This document shows, piece by piece, positions 33,884 to 44,312 of a stretch of DNA of 64,000 nt. The DNA lies in contig CAVSGI010000016.1 in assembly GCA_963727445.1 (NCBI GenBank), positions 1-64,000 on the forward strand, written 5' to 3'. Position numbers and translations under genes: made by a program. This stretch comes from an uncultured delta proteobacterium. Lineage in GTDB: Bacteria > Myxococcota_A > Polyangia > Polyangiales > B10-G4. Position 1 is the stretch's first letter; every line of letters starts with the position of its first letter. The notes under the pieces were generated by a model. The model had not been told where the DNA came from and made no database searches. It saw nothing but the letters and a program-made list of their open reading frames with translations.

Positions 33884-35847
33884 TCAGGCGGGAGAAGGGT
33901 CGGCCGACGATACGCTCGGACTTGGTCGGGGCGCCCGACGCGCGGGTTCCGGCTCGGACGACTGGACGGCGTCCGGCTGTCGATACTCTGGAATCGCGTC
34001 CGCCAGGGCGTGGCGAATGCCTTCCGAGTTCCGTGAATCCGACAGGGCCGCGAGTACCCGGACGTGTCGGGATGCTTCCTGCCATCCGTAGGAGCGCACG
34101 CGGCCGACGAAGATGTGCGGATGCCGCGTCTTGTCCGCGTGCTCGTCCTCGACCGAAAGCTCTTCGTAGAGCTTCTCGCCGGGCCGGATGCCGGTGAACT
34201 CGATCTCGATGTCCTGCGCCCGGCACGCAACCCGGAGAGCGAGATCAGGTCGTGCGCGAGGTCGACGATCTCTCACCGGCTCGCCCATGTCGAGAATGAA
34301 GATCTCGCCGCCGCGTCCCATCGAGCCCGCCTGAAGCACGAGCTGGCACGCCTCGGGAATCGTCATGAAGTAGCGCGTCATGTCGGGGTGGGTGACCGTC
34401 ACCGGGCCACCGTCCGCGATCTGCTGCTTGAAGATGCGGGATCACGCTGCCGGTCGACCCGAGGACGTTGCCGAAGCGCACGGTGATGAAGCGCGTCTCG
34501 CTGCGCTCCGACAGCGCCTGGAGATACATCTCGGCGACGCGCTTCGTTGCGCCCATCACGCGAGGTGGGGTTCACCGCCTTGTCGGTCGAGATCATCACG
34601 AAGCGTCCGACGCCCAGCGTCGTCCGCCAGGTCGGCGACGGTCTTGCGTGCCGAAGACGTTGTTCTTGATCGCCTCGCCCGGCGTTGGCCTCCATCATCG
34701 GCACGTGCTTGTGCGCCGCCGCGTGGAAGACGACGCGGGGCTGGTGCTCGCGAAAGAGCCTCTCCATGCGTCCGGCGTCAGCAGATGTCGGCGATGGCCG
34801 GGCACGATGTCGACGTCCTCGGAGTTCCGCTCGAGCTCGCGATGGATTTCGAAGAGGTTGTTCTCCGCCCGCTCCACCAGGAGGAGCCGCTCGAGGCCCG
34901 AAGCTGGCGAGCTGTCGGCAGAGCTCGCTGCCGATGCTGCCGCCGGCACCGGTGACCAGGGCGACCTTTCCACGGACGATGTCTGAGATGGCACGGTCAT
35001 CCAGCTTGACCGGCTCGCGGCGCAGCAGGTCTTCGATCGCGACCTCTCGGATCCGCGAGAGATTCACGTGGCCGCCCGACGATCTCGTAGAGGCCGGGGA
35101 TGATCTTCACTGGGATGCCTGCTTTCGGCAGAGCTCTTTCACCCGCCGAATCGTCGTGCCGGGAGCGTTGGCAAAGGTGATCAGCGCCTGCGCGCCCCCG
35201 TCTCGACGGCCAGGCGCCCGATGTCGGCGCGGGCCCAGAACGGAGACGCCGTGAACCACGGTCCCGCTCTTCATCAGGTCGTCGTCCATGAACCCCACGG
35301 CTTCGATGCCCGAGGTCGGGACGGCTCTCGATCTCCTTGGCGACCATCACGCCGCCCTGGCCGGCGCCGATGAGGCAGCGTGGGGATCCGCTGGCTTCCC
35401 GGCTCGCGCAACCGGCTGCTCTGGTGTCGTTCCGCCATCGAGCGTCGGACCACGCGTACCCCCGACGATCCCGAGGAAGGCCGAGCGCGAAGTTCACCAG
35501 AAGGACGCCGATCGGCAGCGCGAGATAGCGCGCGTAGCCCCAGTCGGAAACGAGCGGACTCGCGACGAGCCGAAGCACGAGCATCAGCCGCCGCGATCCC
35601 CAGGGCGAGGGCGATGCGCTTGGCTTCTCGAAGCCCGACGTACCGCCAGGCGAAGCTCGGCACGCCGAAGAGGCGCAGGAGGCCGTATTGGAAGATCACG
35701 ACGTAGGGGGCGGCAAAGGCGGCGAGCTTGAACGCATGCGGAGGGAGCACTCCCTCGAAACGCACGAAGAAGGCGAGGGTGAATGCGAACGCCAGAATTC
35801 CCGAGATCGATGACGACCTGGAAAAATCTGAGAACGTACCTTCCCAT
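33884..35847 (-). CDS. Membrane-bound UDP-GlcNAc 4,6-dehydratase (PglF/WbpM/CapD family); heavily frameshifted
   Basis: N-terminal TMs, [83 protein letters not shown] and [12 protein letters not shown]. Confidence 0.92.
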
Positions 35848-35964
35848 CCCTCGCTGCTCTCCCCGTCGGGTTGCTGACGTTGGTGTCCCCCGTTACCGGA
35901 AGCATTCACCCAGCGCTGCGCGAGCGTCGTAGTCCAGGGGGGGAAGAAGGGCAAACCGACGGGA

Positions 35965-37248
35965 TCATGGGAAAGTGACGGGACTGGGGGTCGGATTGTC
36001 CCGACTGGTGGTCCCGAGGCCCAACTGCCCTCGATCGTTCTGCCCGAAACAATAGAGGATGCCGGCACCGTCCGCTGCGCAGGTATGCAGTGACCCGAGG
36101 GTGAGCATGGTGATACCCGTGAGCGGGACGATGACGGTTCCCGGGCCCTCATGGTCTCGCTCTGCCCGAGCTGACTGTAGAAGTCGTCACCCCAGCATTG
36201 GACGTCGCCCAGGTCGGTCAGCTGGCAGACATGTCTCTGGCCGACGTCGAGGCCCATCCCCGGTCCGGACATCCGCACCGCCGTCGGGTTGACCCTGTCC
36301 GAAGTCACCGTGAGTCCCAGCCCCAGAGCGTTATTGTCGTTGGCCCCCCAGCACTGGATGAGCCGGTCGTCGCCGCGACCACACGTGGTTTCCCACAACG
36401 TGGCGACCTCCAACCACGAGCTGGTGACGGGCGTCGGCGTCGAGCGGTCGGCACGATTTCCGACCCCGAGCTGTCCGCGATTGTTGCCGCCCCAACAGCT
36501 GAGCTCTCCGCCGCTCCGAAGGCCACAGGTGTGCACACGGCCGGCGATGACGTCGTTCCAATCGGTGTCCGGGCCCAGGAGCAGGGGCGTCGTGGTTCCG
36601 GGGCTGGCGACGCCCAGCTGCCCGCGCTCGTTGGCGCCCCAACAGAGCATCTGCCCATCCGAGGAAATGCCGCACGTGTGGTGGTCACCCGTGGCGACGC
36701 TTCGCCAGAGCCCGCTTCCCACGCGCACGGGGCTCGGGTGGTCAGCCATATCGCCGACGCCGAGGCGTCCGGTCGTGCCCTGACCGAAGCAGAAGAGCTC
36801 TCCGGTCTCTTTGATGGCGCAGACATGAAACGTCCCGACGGACACCTGTTCCCAATCGGAGTCCGTCCCGACCCGGGTTGGCGTCGCGCGATCCTCGAAC
36901 ACCCCGATCCCGAGAGCGCCATGCTCGGCTCCACGTCCCCAACAGAAGAGGCGACCCATGGAGTCGACAGCACAGGTCCGCCGCGGCCCGGCACCGAGGG
37001 CACGGAAGGAAGGAGGGGGGGCGGTATCGGCGACGTCCTCGGCCGTGTCTGGACGCGATGTGTCCAGTAGCGCGGAATCGATGGTGTCCGCGCCGGAGTC
37101 GGGCAGGGCGGTGTTCCGTCGGGCTGGAATCCATCCCGGCATCTGGCAGCACGGTGGGTGCGATGGCGTGACTGTCGACGCTGCAGGCGCACACGAGCAC
37201 GCCGAGCATCGGCGCTGCCCGGCGCCAAACGTTCCCCGCCCGAAGCAT
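35965..37248 (-). CDS. RCC1/BLIP-II repeat lipoprotein; frameshifted
   Basis: Lipobox-like LGVLVCAC, a D/S/T/P-rich linker, and about seven repeats of G..HTC.....G...CWG.N..GQLG. Confidence 0.8.
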
Positions 37249-37271
37249 GCCGGGAGTCTACATCTCCGCGA

Positions 37272-38218
37272 TCAGGCGCGCATCATCAATCGGTGGGTTT
37301 CGGCGAGACCGTCCTGCAACTTCGTCTCAGCGCGGAATCCCAGAACGTCGTGCGCATCGACGGTCGACGCCCTCGAGTGCAGCACATCGCCCGCGCGCGC
37401 CGGTTCGTGTTTCGGCGCGGGCGCGTCGCCGACCACCGCGGCGATCATGGTGGCGAGCTCTTTGATGGTCGTCGCACCGCCGGCGCCGACGTTGAACGCC
37501 CGCCCACAGGCACTGGCCACAGCGGCGGCGGCTGCGATATTGGCTCGCACTGCGTCCTGGACATAGGTGAAGTCGCGACTCTGTTCACCGGTTCCGTAGA
37601 CCGTCGCCGCCTTGCCCGCGATCGCGGCCTCCATGAAACGGGGAATCACGGCGGCGTAAGGTCCGCTGGGATCCTGTCGCGGCCCGTAGACGTTGAAATA
37701 CCGGAGTCCGACGAGCTCCATGCCGAAGCACGTACCGAACACGCCTGCCGTCTGCTCGTTCACGAGCTTCGAAAGCGCATAGGGCGAGAGAGGGCGGCCC
37801 TCCTCGCCTTCCACCTTGGGGAGGCGCTCACTGTCTCCGTAGACGCTCGAGGAGGACGCGTAGACCACGCGTCGGACGCCTGCGTCCCTCGCCGCCGTGA
37901 ACACATTGGTGGTTCCCCCCACGTTCACCGAGATCGTGGCGGAGGGGATCCTTCATCGAGCGCGGCACCGAGCCCATGGCAGCCTGGTGAAAGACGAGCG
38001 TCACACCTCGGCATGCCCGCTCGCATGTTCTCGTGTCTCGGATGTCGCCCTCGACCAGATCCACTTCCGAGTGATGCGCGAGGTTGGCCCGCTTGCCCGT
38101 CGAGAAATCATCGAGGACGCGTACGGTCGCACCGGCATCGATTCAGAGCGTCGACCAGATGCGAGCCGATGAAGCCGGCGCCTCCGGTGACCAGGACGTG
38201 CTCCTTCGATAGGTCCAT
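37272..38218 (-). CDS. UDP-GlcNAc(A) 4-epimerase-like SDR (WbpP/TviC family); frameshifted
   Basis: VLVTGGAGFIGSHL, HQAAMGSVPRS, YASSSSVYGD, PLSPYALSK, LRYFNVYGPRQDP..YAAVIP and QSRDFTY. Confidence 0.88.
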
Positions 38219-38295
38219 GAGCGCTAGGGCTTGTAGCGCACTTCGGACCCCGTGTCGCCAGAGTCGGTCAAAGCTCCTAGACTGTTGCTCGACCG

Positions 38296-39156
38296 ATGGG
38301 CCACGCGAACAAAGAGCCGCAGCTGGAAGTGCTGGCCGGCAACGTGGCCAAGCTCTACCACCTCGCCCTGCTCGAAGGCGCCCTGGATCGCGCTGGCATC
38401 ACGTCGGTGCGTCTGAAGGGAAGCGCGTATCTAGGCACGCTCTATCCAGACCTGAGCCGCTGGATGGTGGACGTGGATCTGCTCGTCCGAGAGGCTGATC
38501 TCGACGCGGCCGCGTGTGTGACACAGGAGCTCGGCTACCGCCTGTATCCGCCAGAGCCCGGCCGAACGCTCTCCTGGGAGCGGCACTACAATCGGATCTT
38601 CTTCGGTGTCCCCCCGCACCCTACCGTCGAGCTTCATACGGGCATCTGTTCCCGCGGAATGTTCGACGTCGACTACGGCGCGCTCTTCGAGCGTCGCGTG
38701 CGCCTGACCGCCAGCGGAGCCGGGTTCTGGGCGCTCAGCCCCGAGGACGCGCTCCTTCATCTCGCCGTTCACGTCGTCAAGGACGGCTACATGCACGACG
38801 AACGCCTCGGCGAGGACGCGCGGCGGATGATCGAGACGTGGCCCCCGCGCTGGGCCGTCCTCTGCGAGCGTGCGGAGCGTTGGGGGGTGACCTCGGGCCT
38901 TCACTATGTGCTGAGGCTGGCGCAGCGCCGGGGAGGGGTGGTTCCTGCGACGACCATGCACGCTCTCGAACCCATGTGGCCCGCCTCACTCTCTCGTACG
39001 CTCTTCGACCGAGCGGCTCCCTTACACACGCGATTTCCCAGGCTGACGAAGCTCGCAGCGCTGGGTCTGGAGCCGGATGGCGGTACGCGGGTCGCGAAGT
39101 TTGCAGGCAACTACGCCGTGCGACGCGCACTCGAGGCGGTTCTGGCGCGTCTTTGA
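38296..39156 (+). CDS. Uncharacterised nucleotidyltransferase (NTP_transf_5-like)
   Basis: LKGSAY..LYP....R.MVDVDLLV, VELH and LSPEDALLHLAVH match this family's pattern. Confidence 0.7.
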   Translation: MGHANKEPQLEVLAGNVAKLYHLALLEGALDRAGITSVRLKGSAYLGTLYPDLSRWMVDVDLLVREADLDAAACVTQELGYRLYPPEPGRTLSWERHYNRIFFGVPPHPTVELHTGICSRGMFDVDYGALFERRVRLTASGAGFWALSPEDALLHLAVHVVKDGYMHDERLGEDARRMIETWPPRWAVLCERAERWGVTSGLHYVLRLAQRRGGVVPATTMHALEPMWPASLSRTLFDRAAPLHTRFPRLTKLAALGLEPDGGTRVAKFAGNYAVRRALEAVLARL

Positions 39157-39539
39157 ACGTTCCCGGTGCACAGGGCATCCTAATTTAGAAGCAGGGGGCG
39201 TCCAGCTCGGTGCTATGGCCGAGGTGTGGGCTTCCTGGGGGCTGGTGACCGTGATGCCGATGGAGCGAAGCGCCTGCATTGGGGCGCTCGGTGGTGAGTC
39301 GACTCCTTCTTGGCGTCGGCGTCGTGGTCGTCGGCGTCTCCTGTGCCAGCCCAGACGTCCAGGACGCATCACATGCACGGATCGCCGAGGACACGGCGGT
39401 TCGGCTTCTCGACGTCGGCCCACCGAGGAGGCCGTAGTGGGCCGAGGGCGCAGGTCTCGAGCGACGTTCCCCTTTCTGGGAACGCTCCTTTTCCTGGTCG
39501 TGGCCGGAGGTTGTGGCGAAGGCGGGGGCGGTGTCCCGC

Positions 39540-41921
39540 ATGTTCGAACGAAGACGACCCTGCTGATCATCGCGCCGATCCTGTCGATGGGGGCCTGTGG
39601 CGACGATGGGCCTACTTCGTCGGACGCGGAGGTAGACACCGGCGGGGCTGCCAGTTGCGACAATGGCGTACAGGACGGCGATGAGTCCGATGTCGACTGC
39701 GGCGGGTCATGCCCCCGCGTGCGGCGCGGGCTCCGTCTGTCGGGGAGATGAAGACTGCCTGCGGGCGCAGTGCGTCACCGGCAGATGCGCGCCCAGCTCG
39801 TGTTCGGATGGTTCCTAAACGGCGCAGAGACCGACACGGACTGCGGTGGGCCTACTTGCGACGAATGCGTCGATGGCAGTCTTTGCACAGCGAGCTCAGA
39901 CTGCCTGAGTCACGTATGTGACGGCGTCCGGTGCGCGGCAGCTACCTGCGATGACGGCGTTCAGAACCAGGCAGAGAGTGACATCGATTGCGGAGGGGGT
40001 TGCGGTGGATGTGGCGTCGGCGCCGCTTGTCTCGATGATGTCGATTGCGTCAGCGGGGCCTGCTACGCCGGAACGTGTGCACCCCCATGCGTCGTCGATG
40101 GCGTCCGCGGAGAGACCGAAACTGACGTCGACTGCGGTGGACCATCTTGCCCAGGGTGTGCGGTCGACTCGGTTTGCGTGGTTACTGAGGACTGCCAGAC
40201 GGGTCTCTTCTGCTCGGATGCGACGTGCACAGTGCCGACTTGTCTCGATGGCGCACGCAATGGCGCCGAGTCCGATGTGGACTGTGGCGGCCCGCTGTGT
40301 CCCGCATGCGCCGATGGGATGCTGTGCAGTGACCCACGAGATTGCGAAAGCCGCGTCTGCACCGCGAGTGCGTGCGGGGCGACGCTCGGCTGCCACGATG
40401 CGGACGGCGACGGATATCGCGCGGGAACCACCTGCTCGGAGCCCGTCGATTGCAACGACCTGAGATCCCGCAGTGCACCCTGGCGCTCTCGAGGTCGTCG
40501 GCGACGGGATCGACAACGACTGTGATGCTGCGACCTCGGACTATGATCTCTCGATTCCGCCCAACTGCTGCCTCGCTCTGTCGGTGAGCGAGGGGTTGGT
40601 CTTCGTCGATGACGATGGAGATGGGCTGAGTGAGGTCGAAGGCGATTGCGACGATTCCGATCCCGCGACAAATCCGGCAGCCAGTGAGGTCTTCGATGGC
40701 GTCGACAACGATTGCGACGGTTGGATGGACGACGGATTCGACGACGACTGTGACGGCCAACCGAACATCACAGACTGCGATCCGCTCGATCCGATGATCC
40801 ACCCTGGTGCGATCGAGCTTCCCGACGATGGCATTGATCAGGATTGTGACGGTGTGGATTGGGTCCGCTCTGACGCAACCGCCATCTTCGCATCACCCGA
40901 GGGTCGCGATGCAGCGGTCGGCACGATGGCCGATCCCATGCGGCTGCCGGAGGCCATCGCCTACGCAACCACTGTCTCGAAGCCCGTTGTTGCAAGGGCG
41001 GGTACGCACTCGATGGACGCAGGTCCGGTGGATCTCTCGGTTTCCCTCTTCGGCGGCTATGACGATTCATGGCTTCCTGGCGGAGAGAGCCACGCCATCG
41101 GAGCAGAAGGTCCCCGGCCACCGTGGACAATCTCCGGGACGGCGACCGTTGTGAGGGATTTCGTGTTTTACGCAACCGGTGAAGGAACGGTTGTCCACGT
41201 TCCGAGCGGAACCGTCCTGCTGATGGGCAATCGGATCCTTGTTCGGCACCTGAGTCTCGTCGGGTTCGGCGCGGCCCTCGTTCGTGGCGAGGCGTCAGCA
41301 TCGGTTACGATGATCGACAACTTCGTGGAGGGTGCGCTCACGCATACGAGCAGCACCGGAACGTACTTGGAAGGGCCCTCGATACTCTTTTCGAATGACT
41401 TCAATGCCGCGACTGTGATCTCTCCCGACTACGACACCCTCCACGGCATCGGAAATGCGCTCTACGTGACTGGCCCGACTTGCTTGGCACGGAACACTCT
41501 CGGGGGAGGGCTGGGTTTCGGCGGCACGCTCGTCGCCGTGGGCAACCGGATCACGGGTCGTTCGCTGAGCGGCGACCTCCCAGGCTCCGTAGCGACCGTC
41601 ACGGGGACCGACGCCTGTCGACTCCGTTCAAACGACATCGGTGGCGCGAGCGTCAGTGTAGGACTGTATTCCGGCGAAGGAGGCATTGCCTCGGGCGTGT
41701 GGCTCAGAGGTGGGCCATCGCTCTTGGAGACGAACTCCATCGGCGCATCCGTTAACTCGAGCGCCGACGCGGCGACGAGTGAGACGCATGGCGTTCTCAT
41801 CGAGGGATTTTCGAGTCTCCGATACAACACCATCGCCATTGGAACAGGCACCGGCACGCACGCTCACGTCACGGTTCGTCCCGGGGGTTGGGCGTACCTA
41901 TTCGGAAACATCGAGCTGTAA
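39540..41921 (+). CDS. Large Cys-rich surface lipoprotein with ExDxDCGG repeats, MopE-like metal-binding repeats and a C-terminal beta-helix-like region; frameshifted, start approximate
   Basis: Lipobox-like LSMGAC, five E[ST]DxDCGG units, repeats like CDDSDPATNPAASEVFDGVDNDCDG and HPGAIELPDDGIDQDCDG, then a Gly/Asn-rich repetitive C-terminus. Confidence 0.7.
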
Positions 41922-41976
41922 TCGCCGGAGGGGCCGAGCTACGGCGACCTCCTCTGCGAGCCCCTGCCGGCCTAAA

Positions 41977-43287
41977 TTAACTCCCCCTGACCCCAACCCC
42001 CTCGTACACGAACCCCATCTTCCGGAGCCCGTAGCTCGACCAGATGTTCCGCCCGTCGAGCAGCAGCGCGCGCGACATGATCTCGCTCAGACGCTCGAAG
42101 TCCGGGTTCTGATACTCGCGCCACTCAGTGACAAGCACGAGCGCGGAGGCGTCGCGCGCAGCCTCGTAGGCATCGTCGACGAGCTCGATGCGGTCCCCGA
42201 AGTGCGCACGCGCCGAGTCGCGCGCTTCCGGGTCGTGGGCGACGATGGTCGCACCTTCGGCGAGCGCCACCTCGATGAGCTGGATCGCGGGGGACTGGCG
42301 AATGTCATCGGTGCGCGGCTTGAAGGACAAGCCCCAGACGCCGATGCGGTGGCCGCGGAGGTCTCCGTCGAAGTGCTTCTTGAGCTTGCGGGCGAGGACG
42401 CCCTTCTGGCGGGCGTTGACGCGGTCGGTGGCGGAGGGGAGTTCCATCTCGACGCCGTGCTCGTGGGCGGTGGCGACGAGGGCCTTGACGTCCTTGGGGA
42501 AACAGGAGCCGCCGTAGCCCGGGCCCGCGTAGAGAAACTTCGAGCCGATGCGGGTGTCGCTGCCGACGCCGCGGCGGACGGCGTGGATGTCGGCGTCGAC
42601 CTTTTCGCAGAGCGCCGCGATCTCGTTCATGAACGAGATGCGCATGGCGAGCATGGTATTCGAGACGTACTTGGTGAGCTCGGCGCTGACCGGGTCCATC
42701 CAGACGATGCGCTTCTTCTGGAGCAGGACCGGGTGATAGAGGCGGTCCATTCGCTGGCGCGCGAAGTCGTCGCTCGCGTCGGCGCCGATGACGATCCGAT
42801 CCGGGCGCAGGAAGTCGTTGAGGGCGTCGCCTTCCTTCAAGAACTCCGGGTTGGAGACGACGTGGATGGGGTAGGGCGCGTCGGCGACGATCCGCCGCAC
42901 ACGCGCGTTGGTTCCGACGGGCACGGTGCTCTTGATCACCAACACCATCTCGCGGCTGGCCTTCGCGGCAACGACCTCCGCGACCCGGTCCACAGCGCGC
43001 AGGTCGGCGCCGCCGTCCACGCGCTCCGGGGTGCCGACAGCGACGAAGACGATCTCGGCGGAGGCGATCGCCCCCTCGACGTCGTCGGAAAAGGAGAGCC
43101 GCTTCGCGGCGAGGTTCCGCTCGAGGAGCTCCTTGAGCCCGGGCTCGAAGATCGTGATCTCGCCCCGCGAAAGCGCGGCGATCTTCTCCGCGTCGTTGTC
43201 GACGCACACGACGTCCGCCCCGGTCTCGGCGAAGCCGACGCCGCTGACCAGGCCGACGTAGCCGGTGCCCACCATGCAAATTCTCAT
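41977..43287 (-). CDS. ugd: UDP-glucose 6-dehydrogenase
   Basis: MRICMVGTGYVGL, AVGTP, KSTVPVGT, SNPEFLKEG, GPGYGGSCFPKD and GLSFKPRTDD. Intact. Confidence 0.95.
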   Translation of the reverse strand: MRICMVGTGYVGLVSGVGFAETGADVVCVDNDAEKIAALSRGEITIFEPGLKELLERNLAAKRLSFSDDVEGAIASAEIVFVAVGTPERVDGGADLRAVDRVAEVVAAKASREMVLVIKSTVPVGTNARVRRIVADAPYPIHVVSNPEFLKEGDALNDFLRPDRIVIGADASDDFARQRMDRLYHPVLLQKKRIVWMDPVSAELTKYVSNTMLAMRISFMNEIAALCEKVDADIHAVRRGVGSDTRIGSKFLYAGPGYGGSCFPKDVKALVATAHEHGVEMELPSATDRVNARQKGVLARKLKKHFDGDLRGHRIGVWGLSFKPRTDDIRQSPAIQLIEVALAEGATIVAHDPEARDSARAHFGDRIELVDDAYEAARDASALVLVTEWREYQNPDFERLSEIMSRALLLDGRNIWSSYGLRKMGFVYEGVGVRGS

Positions 43288-43327
43288 CGACCGCTCCCTA
43301 CTCGGCGTTCGACCCTCTAGCAACCCC

Positions 43328-44275
43328 ATGCACGCCTTCCTCCTCGCCGCCGGCCTCGGCACGCGCCTTCGGCCGCTGACCCTGGCGCGGCCCAAGCCGG
43401 TCGTGCCCGTCGCCAACCGCCCGCTGGGCGCGTTCGCGATGGCGCATCTCGCCTCCGCGGGCGTCACGCGCATCGTGGCGAACGTCCACCACCTCGCGGA
43501 TATCGCCGAAGCCCAGCTCGCCGCGGCCGCGCCTGCCCACGTCACCCTGCGCGTCATCCGCGAAGCACACCTCCTCGGCACGGGCGGCGGGCTCAAGAAC
43601 GCCTGGCCGCTGCTGCGCGAAAACGCAGCCGCCGATGCGCCCATCGTCGTGATGAACTCCGACATCCTCTTCGCGCCCGACATCGCGCGCGCGCTCGAGA
43701 CGCATCGCGCGCTCGACGCGGTCGCGACGATGGTGCTGCGGCCCGATCCGAACGTGGCGCGATATGGCGCGGTCGAAATCGACGAATCGCACCGGGTGCG
43801 GCGCTTGCTCGGCAAACCCGAATCCCCCGCGGGCTCGCCGGAGCTCACGCCCTTCATGTTCACGGGCGTCCACATCCTCGCGCCCGAGGCCATCGACGAC
43901 CTTCCCGCGGAGGGCTGCATCATCCAGAACAGCTACCGCCGTTGGGTGGACTCGGGGCGGACGGTCGCGGCCATCGTGGACGAGACGCCGTGGCGCGACC
44001 TCGGGACCCTCGAGCAGTATCTCGCGGCGAACCTCGACCTCGCCTCAGGCGCGCTGCGCTCGCCCCTCGTCGAGCCTTCCCCGTCCGGCTCACTCATCCA
44101 CCCGACGGCGAACATCGCCTCTGACGCCGTCCTCGACCGCTGTGTGGTGGGCGCAGGGGCCACCGTCGCTTCTGGGGTGACCTTGCGTCGCTCGGTGGTC
44201 TGGGACGGATGCGCCGTCACGGCAGATCACGACGGTGTGTGCGTTGCCCCCAACGGAATCACCGCTATCCTCTGA
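43328..44275 (+). CDS. NDP-sugar pyrophosphorylase/nucleotidyltransferase (mannose-1-P guanylyltransferase/MurU-like)
   Basis: LAAGLGTRLRPLT..RPKP, LLGTGGG, MNSD, WRDLGT and a C-terminal hexapeptide-like tail. Confidence 0.88.
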   Translation: MHAFLLAAGLGTRLRPLTLARPKPVVPVANRPLGAFAMAHLASAGVTRIVANVHHLADIAEAQLAAAAPAHVTLRVIREAHLLGTGGGLKNAWPLLRENAAADAPIVVMNSDILFAPDIARALETHRALDAVATMVLRPDPNVARYGAVEIDESHRVRRLLGKPESPAGSPELTPFMFTGVHILAPEAIDDLPAEGCIIQNSYRRWVDSGRTVAAIVDETPWRDLGTLEQYLAANLDLASGALRSPLVEPSPSGSLIHPTANIASDAVLDRCVVGAGATVASGVTLRRSVVWDGCAVTADHDGVCVAPNGITAIL

Positions 44276-44312
44276 CCCCTTAGCCGTCCTGTAGGACGGG
44301 GTAGGTGGGTGT

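Noticed and set aside
35274..37142. RCC1-PglF fusion suggested by the 622-aa ORF
   Set aside because: Indel artefact. The RCC1 frame has its own stop at ~35965 and PglF has its own ATG at 35847.
39157..39530. Small peptide gene or RiPP precursor after the nucleotidyltransferase
   Set aside because: No frame gives a convincing start, RBS or leader motif, so it is left unannotated.
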